Below, piece after piece: positions 15,487 through 24,864 of a stretch of DNA of 64,000 nt. The stretch lies in contig CAVSAC010000014.1 in assembly GCA_963725865.1 (NCBI GenBank), forward strand, positions 1,647,200 to 1,711,199, given 5' to 3'. This stretch comes from Candidatus Eiseniibacteriota bacterium (GTDB taxonomy: Bacteria; Eisenbacteria; RBG-16-71-46). The notes beneath the pieces were generated by a model. It was not told the DNA's origin. It saw nothing but the letters and a program-made list of their open reading frames with translations, and did no database searches. The number at the start of each line of letters is the position of its first letter. Position 1 is the stretch's first letter. Position numbers and translations under genes: made by a program.

Positions 15487-15623
15487 CCGGGCTGCCCGGC
15501 GGTCGTGGGTGCAAGAGAGCCCTGCTTGTCGTCGGCGATGCTGCCCTGCGAATCACGAGTGATAGACTCTTGCATAGACTCGATCACTCAAGCCCCCTGC
15601 TACCGCAAGCCGCTGGCTTGCAG

Positions 15624-16714
15624 TCAGTTGGAACACCGAACGCTGGCGTCACGTCGTCGAGGCGGGGCTCCGGAGTGACCTCTCCGAGCACCGCCGAGGC
15701 GCAAGGGCAGGCCCGTGGCGCGAACGAACCCGCGGAGCAGGCGTTGCCGACCGGCGACCGACCGCGCATGGCGCACGGCCGTGCGCGCGAGTTCGTCCGC
15801 GTTGTCCGGGGCGTGGTTGGCCAGCGGGCCGCCCTTGAAGTAGCCCCACACGTACTCGACGGCGTTGAGCTCCGGGGCGTAGGGCGGCAGCAGCACGGTG
15901 CGGACCTGCGGGCAGCGAGCGAGAAACGCCTTGGTCGAACGGGCGCGATGCGTCGCGAGCCGGTCCCAGATCAGGATCAGCGGACCGCGGACGTGGCGAC
16001 GCAGCGCGCGCAGGAAGTCGACCAGCACGGCCGCGGTGATGTTCTGGTTCGGGTAGAAGGCCACATAGAGCCCGAGGCGTCGGCGCTGCGGCGAGATCGT
16101 CACGACGCCGGCCGCCGAGACCTTCTGGCGCGAGCGGGTGCGCTGCCGCAGGATGGGGGTCGCGCCCCGTGGCGCCCAGGTGCGACGCACCAGCGGCGCC
16201 ATCAGCAGGCCGCTCTCGTCGAAGAAGGCGAGCGTCGCCTTCAGCCGCGTGGCGTTTTTTTTACCCGCGACCAGGTGTCGCGGACCCAGCCGCGGATCGC
16301 TTTCTCGTCGCGCTCGCGTGCCTGGCGTTCGGGCTTCTGCGGCGAGAACCCGAGCGAGCGTAGGAGTCGCCCGACATGCGAGGCGTGATAGCGCACCTTG
16401 AACCGCCGCCGGATCACCTCGGCGACGCGCGGACAGGTCCACAACTCGGTCGCGTAGCCGCAGGCGCGCGGCCCCTCAAGCAGGCGGCCCACCAACTGCT
16501 CGCGCTGCGCCTCAGTCAGCTTCGGAGGCCGGCCCGAAGCGGGATGGGCCGCGAGCTTCTTGCGTTCCCCCAGCGCACGCCAGCGGCGTACCAAGCGTCG
16601 ATTGACGCCGAGTCGACGGGCGACGTCGACCGGAGCGAGCCCTTCACCCAACAGCTTCCATGCCTTGAGTCGGCGTTGCTCCAACTGCTCCGGACTGCCG
16701 TGCGGGCGTGGCAT
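15624..16714 (-). CDS. IS630-family transposase (orfA 16241-16714 HTH plus orfB DDE, joined by a -1 frameshift)
   Basis: HTH with WTCPRVAEVI; FFDESG, IWDRLATH and LPPYAPELNAVEYVW DDE motifs; A8 slippery run at 16255-16262. Confidence 0.9.
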
Positions 16715-17179
16715 TGGATCCCTCCCGCCCGCACATTAGGTCATTACTTATGCACGCGTCAATAGCAAGACGACTGACGCCGACTTCGACGCGGTGGTCC
16801 AGTTCCCGAGCGGGCCGGGCAAGGTGTCCGACATCCGCCGCGGCAACCTGCTCTGGATGTTTCTCTACGACCACATCCATCACCGCGGACAGCTCTCGGT
16901 GTATCAGCGCATCGCGGGCGGGAGAGTGCCGAGCATCTACGGACCGTCGGGCGACGAGCCCTGGGTCTGAACGGAAGCCCCGCTCACCTGCCATTTTCCC
17001 CGTGCGCTTTCCGCGCCTCCCGGCATTCCCCTCTCAGGCCCAGTCGGGCGCGCCGCCGTTCCGCGCACCCCGCCGGCCCCGAGCCCGCCTCGGCGTTCGG
17101 CGTGCGAGCCGCCTCGCGTCCGAGCGCCGGAGCCCGGCCCGCAAAGCGTCACCCGAGCACTCCACCCCGGGAAGGCCCC

Positions 17180-19628
17180 ATGCCCACGCCAATCCAACGC
17201 CGACTCGCGCCACTCGCCGTCCTCGCGATCTCGCTGCTTGCGGGCTTCGCAGCCGCCCCCGCCCACGCCGCGTTCGGGCGCGATCCCTACAGCCCCGTCA
17301 CCATCGTGCCGTTCGCGTTCCGGACGGGATTCGGCTCGGCCATCGCCGATGGCAGCGGCGGCATGCTGGTCTGCTGGTCCGACCCGCGCGGAGGGTCCTT
17401 GGACATCTACGTCCAGCGCCTGACGTCCTCGGGCGCGGTCGCCCCCGGTTGGCCGGCCGGCGGACTGCTGGTCTGCGGTGCCGCGGGCGATCAGTACTCG
17501 TCATCGATGGTGAGCGATGGCGCGGGTGGCGCAGTCCTGGCGTGGACCGACGAACGGGTCGCTCAACGAGACATCTACGCCACCCGCGTCCTCGGCACCG
17601 GCAGCGTCGCGCCGGGCTGGCCGACCAACGGCCTGCTGGTCTCGACCACGCTCTTCTCGCCCAGCATGCCCGACCAGACCCCGTACCTCGCCCCCGACGG
17701 CGCCGGCGGAGCATTCATCGCCTGGACGCTGAACTACAGCGGGTCGGACGTAGATGTCTATGACGCGCGCGTCACTTCAGCGGGCGCTCTGGCGTGGACC
17801 GGCACCCCGTTCGCGAACTTCGGCATCCAGTACCCGACCAAGCTGCTCGCCGACGGCGCGGGGGGCTTCTTCATCGCCATCGAGGACAACGAGAACACGT
17901 CGTCGATGCACGCCAAGGTCGCGAGGCTGAACGCCGCGGGCGGGCAGGTGTGGGGTCCGGCCTACGTCGGCGCCGGCATCTCCAATCAGCTGGGCGTCGA
18001 TATCGCGCTCGACGGCTCGGGTGGCGTGTACGGGGTGTGCGTGGACCTCGCGTTCGGCACCTACTCCAACATCACCGCCAACCACTTCCTCGCCAATGGC
18101 TCCAACGATCCAGGCTGGGGCGGCTACAAGACGATCGCCCCCCAGGCGAATGTCTCCCAGGGCGCCCTGCTCGCCCTGAGCGACGGCAGTGGCGGTCTGC
18201 TGACCGTCTTCAGCGATACCCGCTATGGCTCGCCCGACCTGTTCGTGCAGCGCACCGGCCCTTTTGGGCTGCCGTGGTCGGGCTGGCCGGCAGGCGGGGT
18301 GGCGCTGGCGGTCGCCGCGGGCTCGCAGTACGCAGGGTCAGCGACCGCGGATGGCACGGGCGGCGCGGTGATTGAGTTCTCCGACAATCGCCTCGGCGTG
18401 GACTACCTCCTCTATGCGGTGCGTGTGCTGGGCGACGGCACGCTGGCGCCGGGGTGGTCGTACGGCGGGAACCCGCTCGAGCTCGCCGGCATGTCCCAGG
18501 GCGGCGCATCGGCGGTGTCCGACGGCGCGGGAGGGGCGTTGTTCTCGTGGGCGGACAATCGCGGTGCGCCGTTCAACAGTAACGGCTACCAGGGCGTGTA
18601 CGCGCAGAACATGGACCGTTACGGTGTGCTCGGCGACGCGCGCCCGGCGATCACGCGCATCGCCGACGTGCCCAACGACCAGGGCGGCCGACTCTCGCTG
18701 CAGTGGACGGCGAGCTTCCTCGACGCGAACCCCTCGCGCACCGTGGCGCAGTACACGATCTGGCGGCGCGTGCCGGGCGGGGCGCCCGAGGCCGCGGCGC
18801 GCCGCGCGGCGGCGGTCGGTGGGCGGCTGGCGCCGCGCACCACGATCGAGGGCGCGCAGGTGGTGTACTGGGAGTACGTCGCCACCGAGCCGGCGCGCAT
18901 GCTGCCGGGCTACAGCGCGGTGGTGACGACCACGTCGGACTCGATGGCGGCGGGCAATCCGCGGACGTCGCTGATGGTGTTCGCGGAGTCCGCCGGCGGC
19001 TCGCAGTTCTGGCAGTCGGCGCCGGACAGCGGCCTACTCGGTCGACAACGTGCCGCCGGTCGCGCCGGCACCGTTCGCGGGCACCTACGGCGGTGGCGTC
19101 GCGTCGCTGCACTGGCGCGGGAACACCGAGGCCGACCTGGCGAACTACCGGCTCTACCGTGGCACGTCGCCCTCGTTCGTGATCGGGCCGGGGAGCCTGG
19201 TGGCGGCGCCGGTCGACACCGCGTACGCCGACGCCGCGTCGGCGCCCTACTACTACAAGCTCACCGCCATCGACGCGCACGGCAACGAGAGCCCGAGCAC
19301 GCTGTTGCTGCCATCGGGCGCGCTCGCGGTCGACGGCGCCGCGCCGCCGCACGAGCTGGCGCTGGAGCGGCCGGCGCCGAATCCCGCGCGCGGCGCGACG
19401 ACGCTCCGCTTCGCGCTGCCTCGCGAGGGCGCGGTGCGGCTTGCGCTCTACGACGCCGCGGGCCGGCGGGTGCGCACGCTGGTGGATGGCGCGCGCGCGG
19501 CGGGTGAGTACGCGAGCACCTGGGACCTGCGCGACGACGGAGGCCGCGCGGTGGGCGCGGGGCTCTACTTCGCGCGGCTCGAAGCGGACGGCCGCTCGAT
19601 CGTCCAGCGCGTCATGACGCTTCGATAG
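17180..19628 (+). CDS. Secreted DGxGG-repeat beta-propeller protein with C-terminal FlgD-Ig/T9SS-like domain (frameshift near 19035)
   Basis: Signal peptide; repeated SDGAGGA..W.D.R motifs; the C-terminus PNPARG..LRFALP..YDAAGRRV..GLYFARL lies in a second frame (19050-19628). Confidence 0.75.
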
Positions 19629-19654
19629 GCCGACCAGCCCCACGCGAGGAATCA

Positions 19655-19684
19655 CGGGCCCGGGGTCACTCCCCCGGGCCCGTT
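19655..19684 (+). terminator. GC-rich hairpin, probable terminator
   Basis: ACGGGCCCGGGG-TCACTC-CCCCGGGCCCGT just after a stop codon. Confidence 0.5.
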
Positions 19685-19713
19685 CGCCGCCCCGGCACTC
19701 GGCGATTTTGCCC

Positions 19714-19762
19714 TTGCGCCCGACCTGGGCCTCCTCCTATGGTTAACCACATGGTTAATCAT
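19714..19762 (+). promoter_or_regulatory. sigma70-like promoter overlapped by an ArsR-type operator palindrome
   Basis: TTGCGC-N18-TATGGT; palindrome ATGGTTAACCA-CA-TGGTTAATCAT (19739-19762) spans the start codon. Confidence 0.65.
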
Positions 19763-20560
19763 TCAGCCGTCGCCGAGACGCAGCTCAACGCCGCATTCGC
19801 GGCGCTCGCCGATCCGACCCGGCGCGCGATGCTGGTGCGGCTCGCGCGTGTCGGCGCGACCGTCTCCGAGCTGGCGGCGCCGTTCGACATGTCGCTGCCG
19901 GCGGTCTCCAAGCACCTCAAGGTGCTGGAGTCCGCCGGCCTGATCGAGCGGCGCGTCGAGGGCCGCGTGCATCGCATCGGCATCGCGCCGGCTCCGCTGC
20001 AGACGGCGGAGCGCTGGCTGGCCGAGCACCGCGGTTTCTGGGAGCAGCGCCTGGACGCGCTCGCTCGCTACCTCGAGGGAGCGACACCCCGATCCGGAGG
20101 CACCCGCATGGCGACGCCCGAAGTCCGTCCGGACACCACGCTCCGCCTCGAACGCACGATCGCGGCCCCGCGCGAAAAGGTCTTCGCGGCGTGGACGCAG
20201 GCCGAGACCCTAGTGCGCTGGTTCAACCCCGGCGAGGCGTACACCTGCTTCGTGCACGCGCTCGAGCCGCGCGTCGGTGGCGCGTACCGCATCGAGATGC
20301 GCCATTCCGGCGGCAACCAGCACTTCGTGGGCGGCGTGTACCGCGAGGTCACGTCGCCGTCGCGGCTGGTGTTCACGTGGGCCTGGGAGAAGAACCCCGA
20401 GCGCGGCGAGACGCTGGTCACCGTGGAGCTCCATGACGATGCCGGCCGCACCCGCCTGGTGCTCACCCACGAGCGATTCCCGAGCGCCGAGGTCCGCGAC
20501 AGCCACACCATGGGCTGGACCGGCGGTCTCGATCACCTGGTGAAGATGTTCGCGGCGTGA
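19751..20560 (+). CDS. ArsR-family regulator fused in frame to an SRPBCC (AHSA1) domain
   Basis: ALADPTRRAML..SLPAVSKHLKVLESAGLI wHTH; then LERTIAAPREKVFAAWT..GGAYRIEM..GW. A possible internal start at ATG 20108 has a GGAGG RBS. Confidence 0.8.
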   Translation: MVNHSAVAETQLNAAFAALADPTRRAMLVRLARVGATVSELAAPFDMSLPAVSKHLKVLESAGLIERRVEGRVHRIGIAPAPLQTAERWLAEHRGFWEQRLDALARYLEGATPRSGGTRMATPEVRPDTTLRLERTIAAPREKVFAAWTQAETLVRWFNPGEAYTCFVHALEPRVGGAYRIEMRHSGGNQHFVGGVYREVTSPSRLVFTWAWEKNPERGETLVTVELHDDAGRTRLVLTHERFPSAEVRDSHTMGWTGGLDHLVKMFAA

Positions 20561-20618
20561 CCGCGCTGGCAGCAGGAACGGCCGCACCGTTCAGGACCCC
20601 TCGCAGCAGGAGACGCAG

Positions 20619-21125
20619 ATGGCACAGCAGGCGATGACCGAGCGCGACATGTACCTGATGAACTTCGAGCGCGAGTACCAGACCACGCTCAAGTGTCTCA
20701 AGGCCTACCCGGCCGCGAAGTCCGAGCTGAAGCCCGCCGAGAAGTCGAAGAGCGCGCGCGAGCTGGGGTTCATGCTGGCGATGGGGCAGATGGTGGCGGG
20801 TGTGGTCGCGACGACGACCGAGATCCTGGCGGCCCCCGATGTGAAGGCTCCGGCCACGTGGGCCGAGGTGCTCGGCGCGTTCGAGCACGCGCACGCCGAC
20901 TCGGTGGCCAAGCTCGAGAAGCTCAGCGAGGCCGAGTTCAACGCGCCGTTCAAGGTCGCCTCGGGGCCGGGCGGCCAGACCACGACGATGCGCCGCGCCG
21001 ACGCGCTGTGGTTCTTCGCCACGGACCAGGTGCACCACCGCGGGCAGTTCTCGGTCTACCTGCGCATCGCCGGCGGCAAGGTGCCGAGCATCTACGGACC
21101 GTCGGCCGACGAGCCGTGGTCGTGA
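20619..21125 (+). CDS. DinB/YfiT-family protein
   Basis: HHRGQFSVYLRIAGGKVPSIYGPSADE motif; AGGAG RBS. Confidence 0.85.
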   Translation: MAQQAMTERDMYLMNFEREYQTTLKCLKAYPAAKSELKPAEKSKSARELGFMLAMGQMVAGVVATTTEILAAPDVKAPATWAEVLGAFEHAHADSVAKLEKLSEAEFNAPFKVASGPGGQTTTMRRADALWFFATDQVHHRGQFSVYLRIAGGKVPSIYGPSADEPWS

Positions 21126-21146
21126 TCGCGCGCGACCGCTGAACGA

Positions 21147-21182
21147 GCGAGGGCCCGGGAGCGATCCCGGGCCCTTGGTGTC
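21147..21182 (+). repeat. 36-bp hairpin direct repeat, copy 1 (terminator-like)
   Basis: GCGAGGGCCCGGGAGCGATCCCGGGCCCTTGGTGTC; 35/36 identical to 24829-24864. Confidence 0.8.
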
Positions 21183-21622
21183 TACGGGCGCACGCGCCGA
21201 GGGACGGGCAGCGGCCGCGTCCCATCAGACTCGCTACTCCCGATCTCCTCGCTCGTTTGCACGCTGTCGAGCGCTGACCCGTGGGGCTTGTGGGCATTCC
21301 CACTCGGGCGTAGCATCCGGTTCGCGTGCATTGAAGCGCTTCCCACCTGAATTCCCCCGCGCCGTTAGCCTTGGATCCCCCGCCATGAGTTGGCAGCGAG
21401 CCACGTCTCGTAGCCTCTGGGCAGGCCATGGCCGCATCACCCCGGGCACCACCTCAGCACCCCCTTCTCGGCGCTTCGTGGATCACGGACTTCCTGCGTC
21501 GCCTAGGCCTCATTGATGGCCTGTTGGCCGGCGCTGGCCGCACCGGCTTCGGCCGGACTCGGAGGGATCTCCGCCACGCGCCTCACGCGCTTCGCGCGGA
21601 GCCTCTGAAAGAGGGGTGTCGA

Positions 21623-24600
21623 ATGTCATCGTTCGCGTTGAGAGGGGTCGTATTCGCGATCCTGTGCCTGGCGATATCGGCAACGCCGGCGCTGGCCACC
21701 TGGACGGCGAGTGGGGTGCCGGTGGTGGTGGAGAGCGGGAGCCAGGATCAGACGGTCGCGGTGTCGGACGGACTGGGCGGGATGCTGGTGGCGTGGCGCG
21801 ACGCGCGCAGCGACGTCGGGGACATCTACGTGCAGCGCCTGAGTCCGGCGGGAGAGGCGCAGTGGACCGGCGATGGGATGGCGCTGTGCGTGGCGAGCGG
21901 AGCGCAGCTGCAGCCGGCGATGGTCTGCGACGGACGCGGCGGGGCGATCGTGGCCTGGCAGGACGAGCGCGCGGACGCCGGCGGCGACATCTACGCCCAG
22001 CGCATCGACGCCACCGGCGTGGTGCGCTGGAGCGCGGGGGGTGTGGCACTGGTGAGCGGGCCGTCGCGCAACAACTCGGGCAAGGTGGTGATCCGGATGG
22101 TGCCGGACGGGATCGGGGGCGCGGTGCTGGCGTTCTCGGACAACCGCAACGCCGACGGCAGCCTGGATCCGAGCTTCAGCAAGGTGTGGCTGCAGCGGGT
22201 GAGCGCCGACGGGGTGGCGCGCTGGGGCAACGGAGTGCCGGTGAGCACGGTGGTGTACGCGCATGGCGACCACGTGCTGGTGTCGGATGGTGCCGGCGGG
22301 GCGATCGTGGCGTGGATGGACGGGCGGGTGTTCGGCGACTACAACATCTCGGTGCAGCGGGTGGACTCGACGGGCACGCGGCGGTGGGGGGCGGACGGGG
22401 TGTACGCGTGCAGTGCGAGCGGCTGGCAGTGGTACCCGGCGATGGTGGGCGACGGCGCGGGCGGGGTGGTGGTGGCATGGACGGACCTGCGCAGCGATGC
22501 CAACGGGGACGTGTACGCGCAGCGGCTGGACGGCAACGGGACGCCGCAGTGGACGACGGACGGGGTGGCGCTGGTGACGGGGCCGTCGGGCAACAACTCG
22601 GGCGAGCGTCCGTGGGTGCAGATCGCGAGCGACGGGCTGGGGGGCGCGATCCTGTCGTTCCCGGACAACCGCAACGCGAACGGCACGCTGGACCCGAGCT
22701 TCAGCAAGGTGTGGCTGCAGCGGGTGAGTGGGGACGGGGTGCCGCTGTGGGGCAACGGGACGCCGGTGAGCACGGTGGTGTACGCGCACGGCGAGTCGCG
22801 GATCGTGGCGGATGGGCGCGGGGGTGCGGTGGTGGCGTGGATGGATGGACGAAGGTTCGAGGGCTACAAGGTGTCGCTGCAGTGCGTGGACGCCGCGGGC
22901 AGCAAGCGTTGGGGAGCGGACGGGGTGTACGCGAACGACGCGACCGGCTACCAGTGGCAGAACATGCCGGAGCTGGTGAGCGACGGCCTCGGTGGCGGTC
23001 TCGTCATCTGGACGGACACCGCCTCCAACCCCGGCGATGTCTTTGCGCAGCGCGTGACGAAGGACGGCGTGGTGGCCCAGAGCACCACGTGCGCAACCTG
23101 GACGGCGGCGGGGGTGCCGGTGGTGGTGGAGAGCGGGAGCCGGGATCAGACGGTCGCGGTGTCGGACGGACTGGGCGGGATGCTGGTGGCGTGGCGCGAC
23201 GCGCGCAGCGACGTCGGGGACATCTACGTGCAGCGCCTGAGTCCGGCGGGAGAGGCGCAGTGGACCGGCGATGGGATGGCGCTGTGCGCGGCGAGCGGAG
23301 CGCAGCTGCAGCCGGCGATGGTCTGCGACGGACGCGGCGGGGCGATCGTGGCCTGGCAGGACGAGCGCGCGGACGCCGGCGGCGACATCTACGCCCAGCG
23401 CATCGACGCCACCGGCGTGGTGCGCTGGAGCGCGGGGGGTGTGGCACTGGTGAGCGGGCCGTCGCGCAACAACTCGGGCAAGGTGGTGATCCGGATGGTG
23501 CCGGACGGGATCGGGGGCGCGGTGCTGGCGTTCTCGGACAACCGCAACGCCGACGGCAGCCTGGATCCGAGCTTCAGCAAGGTGTGGCTGCAGCGGGTGA
23601 GCGCCGACGGGGTGGCGCGCTGGGGCAACGGAGTGCCGGTGAGCACGGTGGTGTACGCGCATGGCGACCACGTGCTGGTGTCGGATGGTGCCGGCGGGGC
23701 GATCGTGGCGTGGATGGACGGGCGGGTGTTCGGCGACTACAACATCTCGGTGCAGCGGGTGGACTCGACGGGCACGCGGCGGTGGGGGGCGGACGGGGTG
23801 TACGCGTGCAGTGCGAGCGGCTGGCAGTGGTACCCGGCGATGGTGGGCGACGGCGCGGGCGGGGTGGTGGTGGCATGGACGGACCTGCGCAGCGATGCCA
23901 ACGGGGACGTGTACGCGCAGCGGCTGGACGGCAACGGGACGCCGCAGTGGACGACGGACGGGGTGGCGCTGGTGACGGGGCCGTCGGGCAACAACTCGGG
24001 CGAGCGTCCGTGGGTGCAGATCGCGAGCGACGGGCTGGGGGGCGCGATCCTGTCGTTCCCGGACAACCGCAACGCGAACGGCACGCTGGACCCGAGCTTC
24101 AGCAAGGTGTGGCTGCAGCGGGTGAGTGGGGACGGGGTGCCGCTGTGGGGCAACGGGACGCCGGTGAGCACGGTGGTGTACGCGCACGGCGAGTCGCGGA
24201 TCGTGGCGGATGGGCGCGGGGGTGCGGTGGTGGCGTGGATGGATGGACGAAGGTTCGAGGGCTACAAGGTGTCGCTGCAGTGCGTGGACGCCGCGGGCAG
24301 CAAGCGTTGGGGAGCGGACGGGGTGTACGCGAACGACGCGACCGGCTACCAGTGGCAGAACATGCCGGAGCTGGTGAGCGACGGCCTCGGTGGCGGTCTC
24401 GTCATCTGGACGGACACCGCCTCCGACCCCAGCGGTATCTATGCAGCTCGCGCCTGCGGGATCGACCCGGTGGCGGCGGTCGGCGAATCGCCGCTCCTGC
24501 CCGACGCGCTGCACCTCGGGGTACCGATGCCCAATCCGGCGTCGGACCGCATGACCTGCACGTTCGATCTGCCGCGTGCCTCCACGGTCATGCTCGAGAT

Positions 24601-24766
24601 CATCGACATCACGGGCCGCGTCTGTGCGCGGCTCGCGCAGGGCGAGTTCACGGCCGGACGTCACACGCTCTCGCTGCGCCCGCAGGGTCTGCGGAGTGGG
24701 TTCTACTATCTGAGGGTCCGGTCGTCCGTGGGCAGTGAGGCACGAGGGTTCGTGCTGCTCAAGTAG
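21623..24766 (+). CDS. Secreted DGxGG-repeat beta-propeller protein with internal duplication and C-terminal FlgD/T9SS-like domain
   Basis: Signal peptide ending ATPALA; SDGLGG..VAW.D.R repeats; C-terminus PNPASDR..FDLP..IDITGR..SGFYYLRV. Confidence 0.8.
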   Translation: MSSFALRGVVFAILCLAISATPALATWTASGVPVVVESGSQDQTVAVSDGLGGMLVAWRDARSDVGDIYVQRLSPAGEAQWTGDGMALCVASGAQLQPAMVCDGRGGAIVAWQDERADAGGDIYAQRIDATGVVRWSAGGVALVSGPSRNNSGKVVIRMVPDGIGGAVLAFSDNRNADGSLDPSFSKVWLQRVSADGVARWGNGVPVSTVVYAHGDHVLVSDGAGGAIVAWMDGRVFGDYNISVQRVDSTGTRRWGADGVYACSASGWQWYPAMVGDGAGGVVVAWTDLRSDANGDVYAQRLDGNGTPQWTTDGVALVTGPSGNNSGERPWVQIASDGLGGAILSFPDNRNANGTLDPSFSKVWLQRVSGDGVPLWGNGTPVSTVVYAHGESRIVADGRGGAVVAWMDGRRFEGYKVSLQCVDAAGSKRWGADGVYANDATGYQWQNMPELVSDGLGGGLVIWTDTASNPGDVFAQRVTKDGVVAQSTTCATWTAAGVPVVVESGSRDQTVAVSDGLGGMLVAWRDARSDVGDIYVQRLSPAGEAQWTGDGMALCAASGAQLQPAMVCDGRGGAIVAWQDERADAGGDIYAQRIDATGVVRWSAGGVALVSGPSRNNSGKVVIRMVPDGIGGAVLAFSDNRNADGSLDPSFSKVWLQRVSADGVARWGNGVPVSTVVYAHGDHVLVSDGAGGAIVAWMDGRVFGDYNISVQRVDSTGTRRWGADGVYACSASGWQWYPAMVGDGAGGVVVAWTDLRSDANGDVYAQRLDGNGTPQWTTDGVALVTGPSGNNSGERPWVQIASDGLGGAILSFPDNRNANGTLDPSFSKVWLQRVSGDGVPLWGNGTPVSTVVYAHGESRIVADGRGGAVVAWMDGRRFEGYKVSLQCVDAAGSKRWGADGVYANDATGYQWQNMPELVSDGLGGGLVIWTDTASDPSGIYAARACGIDPVAAVGESPLLPDALHLGVPMPNPASDRMTCTFDLPRASTVMLEIIDITGRVCARLAQGEFTAGRHTLSLRPQGLRSGFYYLRVRSSVGSEARGFVLLK
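21698..24429 (+). repeat. Near-identical tandem duplication with 1398-bp period (about 21698-23031 and 23096-24429)
   Basis: Shadow ORFs recur at +1398 (e.g. 22339-22773 and 23737-24171); only a few substitutions near the 5' end (TASG/TAAG, SQD/SRD, CVA/CAA). Confidence 0.9.
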
Positions 24767-24828
24767 CACGCAACGATGAGCGCCGGGCGACAAGCCGTGA
24801 TCCACAGGCAAGTCGGCAACCGGTCGAC

Positions 24829-24864
24829 GCGAGGGCCCGGGAGCGCTCCCGGGCCCTTGGTGTC
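24829..24864 (+). repeat. 36-bp hairpin direct repeat, copy 2
   Basis: GCGAGGGCCCGGGAGCGCTCCCGGGCCCTTGGTGTC. Confidence 0.8.

Larger units (their letters stand above)
13197..16762 (-). mobile_element. IS630-family element carrying cargo genes (3566 bp), with TA target duplication
   Basis: 24-bp TIRs TTGATCAGTGCATAAGTAATGACC (13197-13220) and GGTCATTACTTATGCACGCGTCAA (16739-16762) with 3 mismatches; TA at 13195-13196 and 16763-16764. Confidence 0.9.
12899..16970 (+). pseudogene. DinB/YfiT-family gene split by an IS630 insertion (parts 12899-13196 and 16765-16970)
   Basis: Removing 13197-16764 restores an in-frame 167-aa ORF ...AVALAAL-S-KTTDADF...DHIHHRGQLSVYQRIAGGRVPSIYGPSGDEPWV*, paralogous to 20619-21125. 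Confidence 0.9.

Noticed and set aside
21626..24811. Very long alternative-frame and antisense ORFs (also 38013-41060, 43829-46543, 49380-52175)
   Set aside because: Shadow ORFs typical of high-GC coding DNA; Arg/Ala/Pro-rich with no motifs, and they overlap well-supported genes.
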